A stretch of 64,000 nt of DNA from an uncultured delta proteobacterium (GTDB lineage Bacteria > Desulfobacterota > Binatia > UBA9968). The position numbers and the translations under genes were made by a program. Below, piece after piece: positions 18,286 to 28,577 of this stretch (its first letter is position 1; the number at the start of each line of letters is the position of its first letter). Location of the stretch: positions 128,001-192,000 of the forward strand of contig CAVSHR010000006.1 of NCBI GenBank assembly GCA_963727625.1, in the 5' to 3' direction. The notes beneath the pieces were generated by a model. That model was given only the letters and a program-made list of their open reading frames with translations. It was not told where the DNA came from and did no database searches.

Positions 18286-19747
18286 CTATGCGGTCGCAGC
18301 GGGCGATGTCCTTTCCAGCCCCAACTCATCGGCAACCGCTTGCTCGACGACGGTGTCCTTGAAGAAGCCCGGGTTGTTGCGCGTGTGCAGCATGGAGGCG
18401 TTGGTGAAGGTGAACTCGCGGAAATCCTGTTCGGTGACGAGGCCTTTTTCGACCATCTCGAACGCTTCGGGGATGACATCGGCGAAGTCGGGGACGTCGA
18501 AATGCGTGAAGTCGGAGCTGAACACCGGCCGGAGCCGGAAGCCCATTCGCGGATCGAAGGCCCACATCGTCGTTCGGTCGTCGGCCTCGCAGCCGAAGTA
18601 AAAGTTGCTGGCGAAGGCCGCGCGGATATCGTCTTTCGACTCGACGCCCGCCGCGGCGAAATCGTCGGCGACAAACTCCGGCCGCGCCAGTTCTTCGACG
18701 CTGCATTCCGGCCGCAAAAAGTCCAGGCTGTTCATGATCGCGTCGGCGTTGGCTTTCAGTCTCGCGTCGCCGTACCGGGCGATGAACTGATGCATCTCGG
18801 CGATGCTGGTGGCGCCGGGGTTTTGCAGGCCGGCGGGGCGGCGCTTTTCCCAGTGTTCGATCAGGTCGGCGCACAACTGGCAGGCCCAGCTGACGCCGCC
18901 TTCCATGAAGCCGAAATTAAGGCTCGGGTAGCGCCGCACCAGACCGCCCAGGAAAACGGACTTCGCGAAGGCGCGATTCGATGCGGCGAAGTGGCCGATA
19001 TGGTTGTGGGTGAAGTTGCTGATGGAGCTGCGATCCGGCCAACGGCCGCTGCCCGAGTGTTGGGTTACGGCGACGCCAAGATCAACGCAGCGCCGCCAGA
19101 ATGGATCGTAATCAAGCGGGCTGTCGAGGGCGACGGTGTCGACGTACCACGCGGCTTTCTTCGCATCGATGCCTTCCGCCGCACTCGGGATCGGCCGCTC
19201 CTGGTTTCCCTTGAGCATGATCGCTCGGTAGCCCAGCTTGCCAACGGCGTATTCGAGCTCCTCGATCGCTTCCTCCGGCGTGTGCATGGGAATAATCGCC
19301 ACCGGGGCAAATCTTGCGGCATGGGGCGCGAACATGTCGACCGTCATCTTATTGTAGGCGCGGGCGGCGGCCTGGCGCAGGTCATCCTGAGCGATGCCAT
19401 TGAACGCGAGCCCGAGGCTCGGATAGATCAACGCGAAGTCGATGCCCAACTCCGGCAGTCGTTCGTTCAACAAAGCCGGCAGCAGCGCGGTGGCCTTGTC
19501 GAGGGTCTTGCTGGTGACGCCCCACCAGTTGCTGCGCCGGGTGCGATCGTGCCGGCGCTCGCGGCCAGGTGGAGCGGTACCAGGCGTGATTGCGCTGCCA
19601 GAGCGCTCTCATCCGCTCGACCGATTGAGCGCCGCCCGCTTCGCGCAAGTACTCGAGAAAGACCGGCACCGGTTCCAACCAGTGGCCGTCGCCGTCGATC
19701 ACGGGGTGTTTCAGGCCGGCGTGTATTTCTGCGGCGCGATGCTTCAT
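18286..19747 (-). pseudogene. amidohydrolase family protein, frameshift near 19565
   Basis: N-term PVIDGDGHWLE in ORF 19382-19747; remainder (MEGG, SSDFTHFD) in ORF 18286-19473. Confidence 0.78.
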
Positions 19748-20127
19748 CGTCGCGGCTCCTCTCGCTTGTGCTTTTTCTATAATCGCTTCGTCGCCGGGTC
19801 GTCAAACGAGCTTGGGAGATCTCTTCTTTGCAGCGATTCAGAAAATTCATTTTTGAGAGCTGCCGGTAGCACACCGGACACCGCCGCATCGTAAGCAAAC
19901 TTGAAATGCGATCCCTTGCGCCGAACGGTCTTCCTTGTCACTCGAATGCGTTAATGGGCGAACGTCCTGGAAAGGGACATTTCCGTACGCGGTTGTGCGC
20001 ACTTATGCTATTTTCACTGTTCTTTCTGTCGTTTAATGCCCTGTATCGGCCGCTTCTGAGCCTCTTCGCCGCCGCTGTCGTGTGAGATCTTGGGGGGCAT
20101 GGTCATTGCTGATGATAGCCGTGACCC

Positions 20128-20763
20128 ATGCAATTATTTCGCGGACAAAATTCGCCGTCTCAGGCGAGCGCCGCGGATTGGCGAGTGGGCGCCATCGTGC
20201 TAGCGGCGCTGATCTCTGCTCAAGGTTGCGGCATCATGGCGGATACGCCTGGCCGCGCATTATCGACGAAAAGAGTCCCCCCTTCGCAATCCGAACCGGG
20301 CGATCTTTCCAGCGATAAGCCGGCGGAGCCCGCGCGCCGGCGTGAACCCCCGCCGGCAGCGAGCCTCCCTCCCCCTCCGGAAACTAAACTGGCGCCGCCG
20401 GTCCCAAAGATCCCCGAGCCGTCGGAGCATATAATGACGGAGACGGGTCTGGCCTCGTGGTACGGCGGAAAGCATCATGGCAAGCTCACCGCCAGCGGTG
20501 AAGTTTTTAATCAAAACCGTTTCACGGCCGCGCATCCAACGCTCCCCTGGGGCACTAGAGTGAAAGTCATCAATCTCGACAACGGCAAGTCCGTCGACGT
20601 GCTGATCAACGACCGCGGGCCTTTCAAGCCGGGCCGCATCATCGATGTCTCCCGGGCCGCGGCACGAGCCCTGGGCATGGTCAGACGGGGAATAACGAAA
20701 GTCCGCATCGAATGGCTTGCCGCTCCTGAATCAACCAACGAACTGGCCTCGCAAAATAAGTAG
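20128..20763 (+). CDS. rlpA: RlpA-family septal ring lytic transglycosylase lipoprotein
   Basis: [36 protein letters not shown]; AQGC lipobox-like. Confidence 0.88.
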   Translation: MQLFRGQNSPSQASAADWRVGAIVLAALISAQGCGIMADTPGRALSTKRVPPSQSEPGDLSSDKPAEPARRREPPPAASLPPPPETKLAPPVPKIPEPSEHIMTETGLASWYGGKHHGKLTASGEVFNQNRFTAAHPTLPWGTRVKVINLDNGKSVDVLINDRGPFKPGRIIDVSRAAARALGMVRRGITKVRIEWLAAPESTNELASQNK

Positions 20764-20799
20764 ACACGAACCCTCCGTTCCATAACCGCACAGGCGTGC

Positions 20800-20826
20800 G
20801 GGTCCGGTCTTGCCTTGACGCAGTTT
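20800..20826 (+). repeat. motif A copy
   Basis: gggtccggtcttgccttgacgcagttt downstream of rlpA. Confidence 0.5.
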
Positions 20827-21054
20827 GCTCGGCTTTGCTTCGATGACTCAACGACCCGGCTTACCGAGTCGGATCGCTAAACCTTTTTCGGCTTAGACCG
20901 GTCAAATCGATTTTGCTTTCGCCGGCAAAGCATTGCTTGACACTTGCCCGTTGTTGTTCGTACATGTCGCCTTGCTGGATCGTCGGCGTTATGTTTATTG
21001 TTCCGAGAGTTAATCCTAATATCATCCCGAAGATGTGATAACGAGAATCGCGGC

Positions 21055-21780
21055 ATGAAAGACGTCGAACAACAGCTCATCGGGACTGCGCTGCCGTATT
21101 GGGAAACTGAGGCGACGATCGTTCGGCGGTTTTTTCAGAGCAAGCCGACCCGGAACGATCATATTTTTTGGCTCAAGGCGCAACTGTGGAAGGAGCTCCA
21201 TCCGGTGGACGGTTATTTCACCGGGCTGCAAAAGGAGCTGAACAACCTGGTGGCGCGTTTTCCGGAGATCGACAAAACCGTCGAACGGCACCAGTATCAC
21301 TCGCAGCTGGAACAACTCACCCAGGAGTTCAATCACTACGTGCTCATGGCTGACGTTCTCGAATATCTTTTGGGCCATCCGGTTTCCGCCGAGGATACGT
21401 TTCAACTGCCCCAGGAGAAAAAACTCGGCGATCTGCGAAGAGATTACGCGAATTCGGGATCGGCCGTGGATAAAGCCGCCGTGCTCGTCACCGAAGGCGG
21501 CGGCGCGCGGATGTTTCGCGAAGGAAGAAAGCTAAAGGGCGGCCGGCTCGAAAGAATGATCGCCAGCGCGATGGAAGTCGTCTATCGGGACGAGAAGAAC
21601 CACTACAAGGAAGCCGCAAGGGAAGCGGCCGGCGCAGTTCAGACCAAGCAAGACCTGGAGCGAATGAGAAAGGCGGTGCAGGAAGTGAGCCTGCAGCGAA
21701 TTTACATGCGCAACGAGATGTTCAAAGAACCGCTGACACGCGACGAAATCAAAAGTTGCCTGGAATCTCACAAACATTGA
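21055..21780 (+). CDS. hypothetical ferritin-like (diiron) protein
   Basis: Helical; KELH, QEFNH, TEGG, DEKNH spacing. Confidence 0.55.
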   Translation: MKDVEQQLIGTALPYWETEATIVRRFFQSKPTRNDHIFWLKAQLWKELHPVDGYFTGLQKELNNLVARFPEIDKTVERHQYHSQLEQLTQEFNHYVLMADVLEYLLGHPVSAEDTFQLPQEKKLGDLRRDYANSGSAVDKAAVLVTEGGGARMFREGRKLKGGRLERMIASAMEVVYRDEKNHYKEAAREAAGAVQTKQDLERMRKAVQEVSLQRIYMRNEMFKEPLTRDEIKSCLESHKH

Positions 21781-21927
21781 GTCGGCAGCGTCGGAGTCGG
21801 CATACACCGCCGGCACTCTTCGCTTCGATGATTCACCGCCTGGATTGACAGGTCTGAGCCTCCTCATTTACAGTATCGGTGATCGTGTCAGCTTATTTCG
21901 TTTCCAACAACACCACAGGAGTCCGCT

Positions 21928-22791
21928 ATGATCGTCGAGAATCATGCAAAGGGGAAAATCTCTTGGCCCAATAACCAGCGCGTTGCGGTTGCGATCACAT
22001 TCGATCTTCAAGGCGGTGAGCCGGTGCGGCCGGGGCCCAAAGGCAAGATGAACAACGAGGATTACGCCGAAGGAGAATACGGGCCGAAGACGGGCATCTG
22101 GCGGCTTGTGCGCATGCTCGATGAAGTCAATGTGAAAACCACGTTCCTCACTTGCGGCGGCATCGCCGAAAGATATCCGGAGGCGATGAAGGCGCTCGCC
22201 GAGAGCCAGCATGAGGTCGCCAGCCATGGCTATCACCACGAGATCGCGCGCGACCTCACGCGCCAGGAGGAGCTCGATTGCATCCGGCGCACCACCGACA
22301 TGCTGATGAAACGCACCGGCAAGCAGCCCGTGGGCTGGCGCACCTGCACCCAGAGCGACAATACCGTCGAGCTGCTGATGGAAGAAGGCTACATCTGGAA
22401 CAGCAACTCTTTCGCCGACGATCTGCCGTTCGTCTGGGAAAACGGGCAGGCCCGCTTGGTCGAATTGCCGCGCCAGCCGTTCGGCGACGGCAGACTTTAC
22501 GGCCATCAAAATCGCGCCGGCGATCATCCCGAAAACGCGCTCCGCTTGTGGAAACGGTTTTTCGACGATTTATACAAGGAATCGGCGCTGGCGCCGGTGT
22601 TTACCACTTTTCAATTGCACCCCTACGTCTCCAGCAGACTGGGCCGAACCAGCGCGCTCAAAGAAATGATCGAATACATGAAGGGTCATGAAGGCGTATG
22701 GTTCGCGACCGGCATCGAGCTTGCCGACTGGTGGCTCAAGCAAGGCTTTTCCGAGCAGCCGGCGCCGCTGCGGATGGCCACGGCTTCCTAG
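21928..22791 (+). CDS. polysaccharide deacetylase (PuuE-like) family protein
   Basis: AITFD, EYGPKTGIWRL, HEVASHGY, PVGWR, LHPY, VWFAT. Confidence 0.85.
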   Translation: MIVENHAKGKISWPNNQRVAVAITFDLQGGEPVRPGPKGKMNNEDYAEGEYGPKTGIWRLVRMLDEVNVKTTFLTCGGIAERYPEAMKALAESQHEVASHGYHHEIARDLTRQEELDCIRRTTDMLMKRTGKQPVGWRTCTQSDNTVELLMEEGYIWNSNSFADDLPFVWENGQARLVELPRQPFGDGRLYGHQNRAGDHPENALRLWKRFFDDLYKESALAPVFTTFQLHPYVSSRLGRTSALKEMIEYMKGHEGVWFATGIELADWWLKQGFSEQPAPLRMATAS

Positions 22792-23005
22792 GAGTCAAGA
22801 AACCATCTTTCCACGCTCGAGCGGAAGGCGCGGTTACGCTGCGCCTTCCGCTACAACAACTCATGCTGCCTAACTCTACTTACCTGTCAGCCGGCTTGTG
22901 CATAAATTTGCGCAAAATAAACCTCCGTCACCCCGTTAGCGCTTGCCGGGTCGGCGCGGTCTGATCTTTCATTTTCTCCGCGCGAACAAGGAGCAGGAGG
23001 CGGGA

Positions 23006-23149
23006 GGGTCAGGTCTACTATCGTAGCAAAACCGATCATCGCGCCCTGTCATGTGGCCTGCGCCCAGGTCTGTGAAGCCGACGGGGTGATGTCGTTACCT
23101 TCGACGTTTCGAGAAGGCTGGAGGGTCTGGCCTGAGTATTGCCTTATTT
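23006..23149 (+). repeat. two motif A copies (23006-23031, 23123-23149)
   Basis: gggtcaggtctactatcgtagcaaaa; gggtctggcctgagtattgccttattt. Confidence 0.7.
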
Positions 23150-23238
23150 ACATTAGGTGGGGCACCAACTGTGCAAACGACAAACGGCTCAGTTGTAAGC
23201 ACATACCGGCTGAACACCTTCGTCATGTGAACGCCATC

Positions 23239-23472
23239 TCAGGGAATTTGGTAGACCGTACCCACTGAGCGCGGATTGATCTGCTTGCTTGCAAACTCGT
23301 CTCGTAACCGATCAAGCTGCTGCAAATTCTCCGTCGAGTAATAAGTCTCGCCGCACTCAACACAGCATTCCGCCTCAACGGTTGTCAATAGATGGTCGTA
23401 CCCTACTTTAACTTCGACTTGTACCGAAGATTTCCTCACCTCACCGGTCTTGCAGATGACACATTTCATCAC
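23239..23472 (-). CDS. YgiT-type zinc finger protein (MqsA-like antitoxin)
   Basis: MKCVICKTG...AECCVECGETYYS. Confidence 0.85.
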   Translation of the reverse strand: MMKCVICKTGEVRKSSVQVEVKVGYDHLLTTVEAECCVECGETYYSTENLQQLDRLRDEFASKQINPRSVGTVYQIP

Positions 23473-23785
23473 CGTTTCCTCCGTTTAAAATCTGCTTCCC
23501 ACCTGGCCGGATCGGGTTGATATATTGTTATAACGATCAGCCGCTGCTCAGTTAAAACAGAGCGCATACAATATGGAGCGGCCTTGTTGCTCGCGTTAGA
23601 CCTAAAATCAGGCAGCTTGGATACGGCTCGTCGTCCGGGTATTCTTCGATAATCTCCCCTGCGTCGAGTGCTTCAAGCACGTCGTCCACTCGAATCAGCC
23701 CGAAGGATTCTGACTCCATCTCTCGACGCGCATGCTCGGTGAATCGGCAATCTGCCGAACACGATTGAATATCAGAATAATCCAC
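23469..23785 (-). pseudogene. DUF4258 toxin, frameshift near 23560
   Basis: FTEHARREM, GEIIEEYPDD.PYPSCLILG, PLHIVCA; C-term IVITIYQPDPARW..FKRRKR in another frame. Confidence 0.8.
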
Positions 23786-23934
23786 AGTGGAAGTTTAATT
23801 CATGGACTTTAATTATGCCATCTTTCAGCTCCCTGCGTGTCCGAGAATCTTTGAATAACAGAACCCCGGTCCCGACTCGATCATTTTCCGCTTTGATCCA
23901 ATTGGCTAGGGCCGTGGCCCTTTGGTTATTTTCG

Positions 23935-23988
23935 GGGGTCGGATTTCTGGGTCGGGGTCGTCGGGGTTGGTTCTAGCATCGTAGCATT
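23935..23988 (+). repeat. motif A copy with stuttered GGGTCGG end
   Basis: ggggtcgg..gggtcggggtcgtcggggttggttctagcatcgtagcatt; atcgtagca shared with 23020. Confidence 0.6.
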
Positions 23989-24025
23989 CATTATCACCCG
24001 AATACTGAGTTCAGTGGTTACCGGG

Positions 24026-24880
24026 TCAGGCGAACGGCTGGTCGCCTATTGTCGATGTGCGATGCAGCAAGCGGATGTCGTCCATCGCGTATCCGCCGCA
24101 GGCCTGGTGATTGACGCTGCGATTATCCCACATCACGAAATCGCCGAGGCTCCATTGATGACGATACACATTTCCCGGCGCTGTCTGGTACGCGAATAAC
24201 GTGTCGAGCAGTGGCTGCGCCTCGGCGTCGTCCATGCCCGCTATGCCGACGGTAAAACGCGGCGAGACATATAGACCCCTGCGACCCGAGACCGGATGGG
24301 TGCGGACAATCGGATGGAGCACATTCTTGCCGGCCTGCCTTTTGTAATATTCCTCGCCGCCCTCCCGGGTCACCGCGACGCGTGGATTGCCTAATTTGCT
24401 GCGCTGGTGGATACCGAGGCGGCCCTCGATACGCTTTTTAATATCATCGGGCAGGCTTTCATAGGCGCCATGCATGTCGGCGAATTCCGTATCGCCACCG
24501 TGCTTGGGTAGCTTGCGGGCATAGAGCAGCGTCGCGAGCGACGTCTCTTTTCTGTAGGACTGGTCCGAATGCCAGAAATCGCCGGCCGCGACGACGCCGA
24601 TGAACTTACCGTCGACCTTCTCATTGGAGAGGATGGCAACTTCCGGAAAGCCCGGAACCCGCTGGTCCTCGTCAAACAACATTTCCAGCGGGCCAAACTT
24701 CCGGCTGAAGGCGACTTGATGCTGCGGCGCGATATGTTGATCGCGGAAAACCAAGACCTGCTTCTTTACGAAGACATCGACAATCTCATTAAAGAGGTTC
24801 TGGTCGACGTCTTTTGACAGGTCTACGCCGGTAATGGCCACACCGAACTTGTTTGACAAAGCTTGCATATTCAGCGGCAT
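24026..24880 (-). CDS. TauD/TfdA-family 2-oxoglutarate dioxygenase
   Basis: WHSD, GGDTEFAD, HPIVRTHP, WDNRSVNH, R.LHR. Confidence 0.92.
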   Translation of the reverse strand: MPLNMQALSNKFGVAITGVDLSKDVDQNLFNEIVDVFVKKQVLVFRDQHIAPQHQVAFSRKFGPLEMLFDEDQRVPGFPEVAILSNEKVDGKFIGVVAAGDFWHSDQSYRKETSLATLLYARKLPKHGGDTEFADMHGAYESLPDDIKKRIEGRLGIHQRSKLGNPRVAVTREGGEEYYKRQAGKNVLHPIVRTHPVSGRRGLYVSPRFTVGIAGMDDAEAQPLLDTLFAYQTAPGNVYRHQWSLGDFVMWDNRSVNHQACGGYAMDDIRLLHRTSTIGDQPFA

Positions 24881-25019
24881 CGATTACGCCCCCTTTGCTT
24901 ATCGCGATAACAAATAGGATACCGTGGTCAAGTTGAGCCGGCCAGGATGAGACATAACAATCTTGACAATGTACCAGGGTTCGAGGTTCGCCTGAATATT
25001 CTTTCAACGAACGATCGGA

Positions 25020-26210
25020 TTAGAACCGCCCCGGATCGACCTTCACCCCGAGCAGATGTTTTCCGATCAATTCGTAGTTGGCGAGACTGGCCTGGGCGTG
25101 TTGGCTAATCACGTGGATGTCCTGGAAGTAGCGCTGGATCGCGTTGCCTTCGAAGATCGATGTAACGCCGCACGCGTTGTAGACCGAATCGACGATCTCC
25201 ACCGCCAATCGAATCACGTGAGTCGTGGCCAAGCGGAGAATGGCGAGCCGGTCGGCGCTGAGTTTTCCTGTGGACACGGCCTCGCTCCAGATGTCGCGCA
25301 GCGACTCGAATAGGAAAGCGCGGGCGGAGCGCAGTTGAGCTTCGCTGCGGCCGACGCTCGCTTGAATCGTCGGCTGCTCGCGTAGCGTGGCCTGCGCCAG
25401 GCGCGGCTTCTTGGCGCCGGCCAGCTCGGAGAACGCATCCAAACACGCGCGCGCGGTTGCCAACGCCACCGCGGCGTCGCCCGAAGCGAACAGCAAGCGC
25501 CGTGAAAACAGATAGAGCGGTCCGCTCTCCAGGACCGGCGCTCCGGCCTGAAGCACGGTTCTCTCGGCGGGGACGAAGACGTCCTTGACGACGAAGTGAT
25601 GGGTGCCGGTGCCGCGCATGCCGCGCACGTTCCAGGCATCCACGATCTCGGCCTCGGCGGCGGGCACGAACAGGAAGCGCTCCTCGGGTTTGCCATCTAA
25701 CAGTTTCGGTTGGCCGTTTTCCTTGACCACACCGCGCGCCGCAAGCCAAGCCGCGTGGCGGCAACCCGAGCTGAAGCCCTGCTGACCGCTGACCCGGAAA
25801 CCGCCGGGGACAACGTCCACTTCAGCCGTTGGCATGGAAGTATTGGCGACCACGCTGTGCGGCGTGTCGATCCAGATCGAGCGCGCGACGTCCCGCGGCA
25901 TCAGCGCGGCGTAGGTGGCGAAGACCGCGCACTGATTGACCACCCAGGCGGTGCTCGCATCGGCTTTGCCGAGCGTTTCGAGAACCTGCACGTAGGTCGA
26001 CAAATCGATCTCGGCGCCGCCGACATTGCGCGGAATCAGCAACTGAAAAAACCCGGCGGCGGCCAGCGCCTCGAAGAGCGGCCGCGGCAGCTCGCGATTT
26101 TTTTCGATCTCATCGGCGCAGGAGCGGATCGCCGGAGCGATCTCCTGCGCGGCGTCAAGCGGCGATCGAATCTCTTCCGTGGCTATGGATCGGTCTCGCG
26201 TCAGCGACAT
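25020..26210 (-). CDS. acyl-CoA dehydrogenase-like flavin-dependent monooxygenase (HsaA-like)
   Basis: DASTAW, FSSGCRHA.W, WNVRGMRGTGTH, IQRYFQDIH. Confidence 0.85.
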   Translation of the reverse strand: MSLTRDRSIATEEIRSPLDAAQEIAPAIRSCADEIEKNRELPRPLFEALAAAGFFQLLIPRNVGGAEIDLSTYVQVLETLGKADASTAWVVNQCAVFATYAALMPRDVARSIWIDTPHSVVANTSMPTAEVDVVPGGFRVSGQQGFSSGCRHAAWLAARGVVKENGQPKLLDGKPEERFLFVPAAEAEIVDAWNVRGMRGTGTHHFVVKDVFVPAERTVLQAGAPVLESGPLYLFSRRLLFASGDAAVALATARACLDAFSELAGAKKPRLAQATLREQPTIQASVGRSEAQLRSARAFLFESLRDIWSEAVSTGKLSADRLAILRLATTHVIRLAVEIVDSVYNACGVTSIFEGNAIQRYFQDIHVISQHAQASLANYELIGKHLLGVKVDPGRF

Positions 26211-26435
26211 GAAATTTAGTGTTTCGAAACCCGGAGCAACGAAGCGCTTATCTTTCCTCCGGCAGCGAAGTACATTGAGCGTGCTGCGCTTCTGAAACTT
26301 CTCTACTGCAGCGAGATCTCAATGTCTATGGTAATTTTTGGATCGGTTCTCCGACTGGTGCTCGACCAGTGTTACTGATGCGCATCGGCGCTCAAGGGCT
26401 GAGCGGTTACGAGTCTAAACGGTTCCCAAGATCGT

Positions 26436-26645
26436 TCAATCATCGAAGCGGTGGTCCTTGGGCGTTTTCCAGGGATCGATCCGAATCTGCGGATCGGAGA
26501 GATCGAGCTTGATCCCGGTGCGATTGAACGGCTGCTCGGTCTCCGGGCCGCCGGGCATAAAGAGCGTGAATCTCTGGCGCCACTGGCTGGTCCCGGCGAT
26601 TTCCTCTTCGATCAAGTCTTTGACTTCGGGTGCTACTCGTTCCAT
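26436..26645 (-). CDS. small hypothetical protein (or gene 3' remnant)
   Basis: 69-aa ORF with host-like codon usage. Confidence 0.4.
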   Translation of the reverse strand: MERVAPEVKDLIEEEIAGTSQWRQRFTLFMPGGPETEQPFNRTGIKLDLSDPQIRIDPWKTPKDHRFDD

Positions 26646-27258
26646 GCGGATTCTTTCTTCCCGCGCCTTGTCGTCCGCGCGCGTTCCGTTCCGACATCGA
26701 GCAGTTTTTTTCTCTGAAAGAAGAAGAAAACCTATTCCCGCTAAAGCTCTATCCGCCGACCTGGAAGTAAAGCGGGAATATCGCCAGAGTCAGTCCCTAT
26801 GTCTTCAACCGTTCCAGGCGCTTCGCTCCAGTTGCTTCAAACATTCCGTACGTCCCGGTCGGATGACCGTGTTCGTGGGGCGTCATCGCGTCTCAAGAAT
26901 AAACCCGAGAGTTGGTGCCTCAATAAAATTTAAAGACCTAATTCTCCACACTTTCGAATTCCATCCTTGAACCTTGAACAAATTACTGCCGTTCTGGCAA
27001 CCCTGTGTAAAGGCCCACTTGCGAACGAGTTTCGTCGATCGTGGGCAATATTGTGCGTCCAGAAATTGCCGCATCGTCCCATCGCGCCATTTATCGAGTT
27101 CGCTACGGCGGCCAAGCACCGTATTCCAGTCGCTATATTGGGAGGAAAGAGCGGGTTTGCGCAAGTTTTGGCCGAGTGTTCGTGCCGCAGCAAATTTCTC
27201 CGCGAATGGCAAACGCCTTGCGTTAGGTATGGAAGTGAATAGCCTATCGGAGGGAAAC

Positions 27259-27660
27259 ATGAAACGATTTGTCATCGCTTTTCTCCTGCTTTTCGTAGCT
27301 GGCCTTTTTGAGCCTTTGCCCGTGCGCGGCAACGAATTCAAAGAACGAGAGGCAAAAATTGCTCAGTACAAGAAATGGCTCGATACAATGGGACCTCAGG
27401 GATCCCATTACTGGACGCGCCTCGACGCGCGGCACCGGCCCCATCGGTTGTATCTCGGGGAAGGTTTCTATCGCGCCGACTTTCAAAGCCAAGAGCATTT
27501 CGTGGACACGTTTTCGAACTATCTTGCGGGGCACCCGGATAAATTTATGCTGATCGATCTCTTCGATGCCAAGACCAACAAACCCATAGGCGAGTACGGC
27601 TTCGGCGGCTTCAAGCTTTACGCAAAGCCTGTGCGAACGGCCGAGCGCCCGAAAAAATAG
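27259..27660 (+). CDS. secreted hypothetical protein
   Basis: GGAGG RBS, signal peptide MKRFVIAFLLLF. Confidence 0.65.
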   Translation: MKRFVIAFLLLFVAGLFEPLPVRGNEFKEREAKIAQYKKWLDTMGPQGSHYWTRLDARHRPHRLYLGEGFYRADFQSQEHFVDTFSNYLAGHPDKFMLIDLFDAKTNKPIGEYGFGGFKLYAKPVRTAERPKK

Positions 27661-27732
27661 CCCTGCGGAGCTGCTGAAAAAGACCCATCTGCTTCGTTGC
27701 GCCGAATCGCCCCAGCACGATCCGGCCATCTG

Positions 27733-28551
27733 TCAGTGTCGCTGGATAAACTCCAAAACATTACGATTAAAAGCCTCGGGCTGCTCCCAGTTGATCGAGT
27801 GCGAAGCTTCGGGCAACACGACGAACTTGGCGCCGGTAATATGCGCGAGCTGCCGGCGCATAACCCAGGGCGGCGTCTGCAAATCCTGATCTCCGGGCAT
27901 AAGCAATGTCGGAACACGAATCGTTTCAAGCTTCTCATAGGTGATCGTCGTGCGTTGGGGCTGCGCCGGAGCGCCCGGTTGGCGCGAGTTGTGATGAATC
28001 TCCAGCCAGCGCTTTAGACCCTCGGGGTTGGTCGCCATGTAGCCCATGCTCACTTCGCGAAACTCCGCGGGCCAGCTCGAAAACCCAGGGAGCGTGGTCT
28101 TCTCGCGCAGCTGGCGCATTTCCTGGTCGGTGATCGCGCCGCCGCTGGCGGCGATGACCAGACTGCGGAGCCGCTCCGGATGCCAGAGGACATAATCATA
28201 GGCGGCGAAGCCGCCGCCCGCCACGGCGACAAGATGAAACCGGTCGAGCTTCAGCTGTTCCGCCAGGGCGTGAAGATCTTCCGCGATGGTGCCGGGCTGG
28301 GGACCGGTGGCAGGATTTGCAGTGCTGCGGCTCCAGCCGCGACGATCGAAGGCGATGACCCGATAGCCCGTCTCGACAAAGCCCGGGATGTTGCCCTGCC
28401 AGCTGTCGGCATTGCCGGTGTTGGCGTGCAGCAGCACGACCGGCACACCATCGCCGCCGCTATCCGTGTACCAGAGTCGCACGCCCGGGAGATCCGCATA
28501 TCCCGCGAATGGCCGGTTTTGTGTTTGTCTTGCGCTCGCCATAAAGGGCAA
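27733..28551 (-). CDS. alpha/beta hydrolase fold protein
   Basis: VVLLHA, FDRRGWSRS, GDQD, SHSINWEQP; nucleophile elbow reads VAVAGGG. Confidence 0.85.
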   Translation of the reverse strand: MPFMASARQTQNRPFAGYADLPGVRLWYTDSGGDGVPVVLLHANTGNADSWQGNIPGFVETGYRVIAFDRRGWSRSTANPATGPQPGTIAEDLHALAEQLKLDRFHLVAVAGGGFAAYDYVLWHPERLRSLVIAASGGAITDQEMRQLREKTTLPGFSSWPAEFREVSMGYMATNPEGLKRWLEIHHNSRQPGAPAQPQRTTITYEKLETIRVPTLLMPGDQDLQTPPWVMRRQLAHITGAKFVVLPEASHSINWEQPEAFNRNVLEFIQRH

Positions 28552-28577
28552 AATTTACTCCGCCCCGCCGTTTTTCG

